This document shows, piece by piece, positions 63,294 through 64,000 of a stretch of DNA of 64,000 nucleotides (its first letter is position 1; each line of letters begins with the position of its first letter). Position numbers and translations under genes: made by a program. The DNA lies in the IMG/VR virus record IMGVR_UViG_3300050159_000048, one strand, 5' to 3'. The stretch is from a virus (lineage: Duplodnaviria > Caudoviricetes). The notes below the pieces were generated by a model. It saw nothing but the letters and a program-made list of their open reading frames with translations, was not told the origin of the DNA and ran no database searches.

Positions 63294-63491
63294 ATTCGCT
63301 AATCTCAACCTCTGATACAGCATCAAATGGATGTTACTTAGTTTGAAAAAGGTCGGCACAACGCGAGGAACGCTCAGTCCAAGCAAAACCGGCGCCTATT
63401 CTGAGCAAATAGGAAAGTCTTCGGCGGTACGGCGGACTACCCGTGAAAGGGCGGTCAGGAAACCGGAGCTCGGAGGTTGAGATTAGTGAAT
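63294..63491 (+). ncRNA. Unclassified ~200 nt structured RNA with pseudoknot
   Basis: 19-bp closing stem 63294-63312/63473-63491; loop CUGAGC pairs with GCUCAG. Confidence 0.7.
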
Positions 63492-63497
63492 ACAAAT

Positions 63498-63584
63498 GGG
63501 TGATGAGCAGCACTGGCGACTGCAGCAGACTGTAAATCTGTGTGCCTTCGGGCAAACTAGGTTCGACTCCTAGATCACCCACCA
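63498..63584 (+). tRNA. Second tRNA-Tyr(GUA)
   Basis: gcaga-ct GTA aa-tctgt, variable arm tgcc-ttcg-ggca, CCA. Confidence 0.93.
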
Positions 63585-63729
63585 AATATGAGGGGGCGGA
63601 AGCACTACCTCGGAAACTGAAGGTTGATCCATATCTCAAAGGATACCGCCTAATTAGCGGGAAAGTATGGCAGGGGTGGATCGTGAAGACTGCGGAACGA
63701 CCGATATGCCGCTAGTTTCCAAATACAAT

Positions 63730-63804
63730 GTCCCGTTAGATTAATGGTGAGATCAGCAGGCTTTCAACCTGCAGGGAGGGGATCGTGACCCCTACGGGAT
63801 GCCA
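63730..63804 (+). tRNA. tRNA-Glu(UUC)
   Basis: gcagg-ct TTC aa-cctgc; T loop AUCGUGA; CCA. Confidence 0.9.
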
Positions 63805-63807
63805 AAT

Positions 63808-64000
63808 GCAGTGGTACGAGAATTGGTATATCGGCTGGCCTAAAGCCAGTGTGCGGAGGCATTAATAGACAGATTCAATCTAGATGCGATGAAGTCTAAG
63901 TGATGTCCCTGGTTAAGTGAATGAATCCTAAGACGGATGAGGTAAACCTAGCGCTGGGTTCTCAACGATCAAAGGTAAAAAGCCGCTAATTGTGGGTTCG
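63808..64000 (+). ncRNA. tRNA-Leu-like 5' half with large insertion; truncated by window end
   Basis: GCAGUGG + Leu-type D arm, then ~150 nt before GUGGG-UUCG at window end. Confidence 0.5.

Noticed and set aside
63361-63420. RNase P RNA (AGGAAAGUC and GAGCAA..AUAGG resemble conserved regions)
   Set aside because: The motifs are in the wrong order, the P4 partner CCGGCUU is absent, and the element is too short.
60449-63639. Minus-strand ORFs across the tRNA array
   Set aside because: Translations of antisense tRNA sequence, a recurrent artefact.
1-64000. Genome-wide TAG (code 15) or TGA recoding
   Set aside because: Conserved genes are intact in code 11, TGA is a frequent coupled stop (ATGA overlaps), and no TAG-split conserved gene was found.
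1-64000. CRISPR array
   Set aside because: No regularly spaced direct repeats. The Cas4-like gene at 5291 is a common stand-alone phage exonuclease.

Overview
64 kb of a large, roughly 50% GC T4-like (jumbo) myophage genome, probably of a Gram-negative proteobacterial host; no host chromosome or CRISPR array is evident. The left half is mostly minus-strand replication and nucleotide metabolism: family B DNA polymerase (runs off the left edge), gp41-like helicase, primase, two-subunit topoisomerase II, NrdAB, dCMP deaminase, ThyA, DHFR, NAD-dependent ligase, PhoH and Prs. The right half is mostly plus-strand: tailspike, endolysin, CoaE/CoaD, NadM-Nudix, RNA ligase 1, a late operon and about 20 tRNA/tRNA-like genes. 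Items absent from or not explained by the ORF track: (1) three free-standing homing endonucleases that sit in or at host genes and each appear to supply an outward promoter and a duplicated or recoded restart for the interrupted gene, one of them splitting DNA ligase in two; (2) a circularly permuted two-piece tmRNA next to a ClpP; (3) a ~0.9 kb GOLLD-like RNA plus several orphan structured RNAs and tRNA mimics; (4) an amber suppressor tRNA with its own consensus promoter; (5) late proteins with capsid-targeting-like N-termini, including an Acb1 homolog and a T7 gp0.7-like kinase. All family assignments come from motifs read by eye; no database searches were run.
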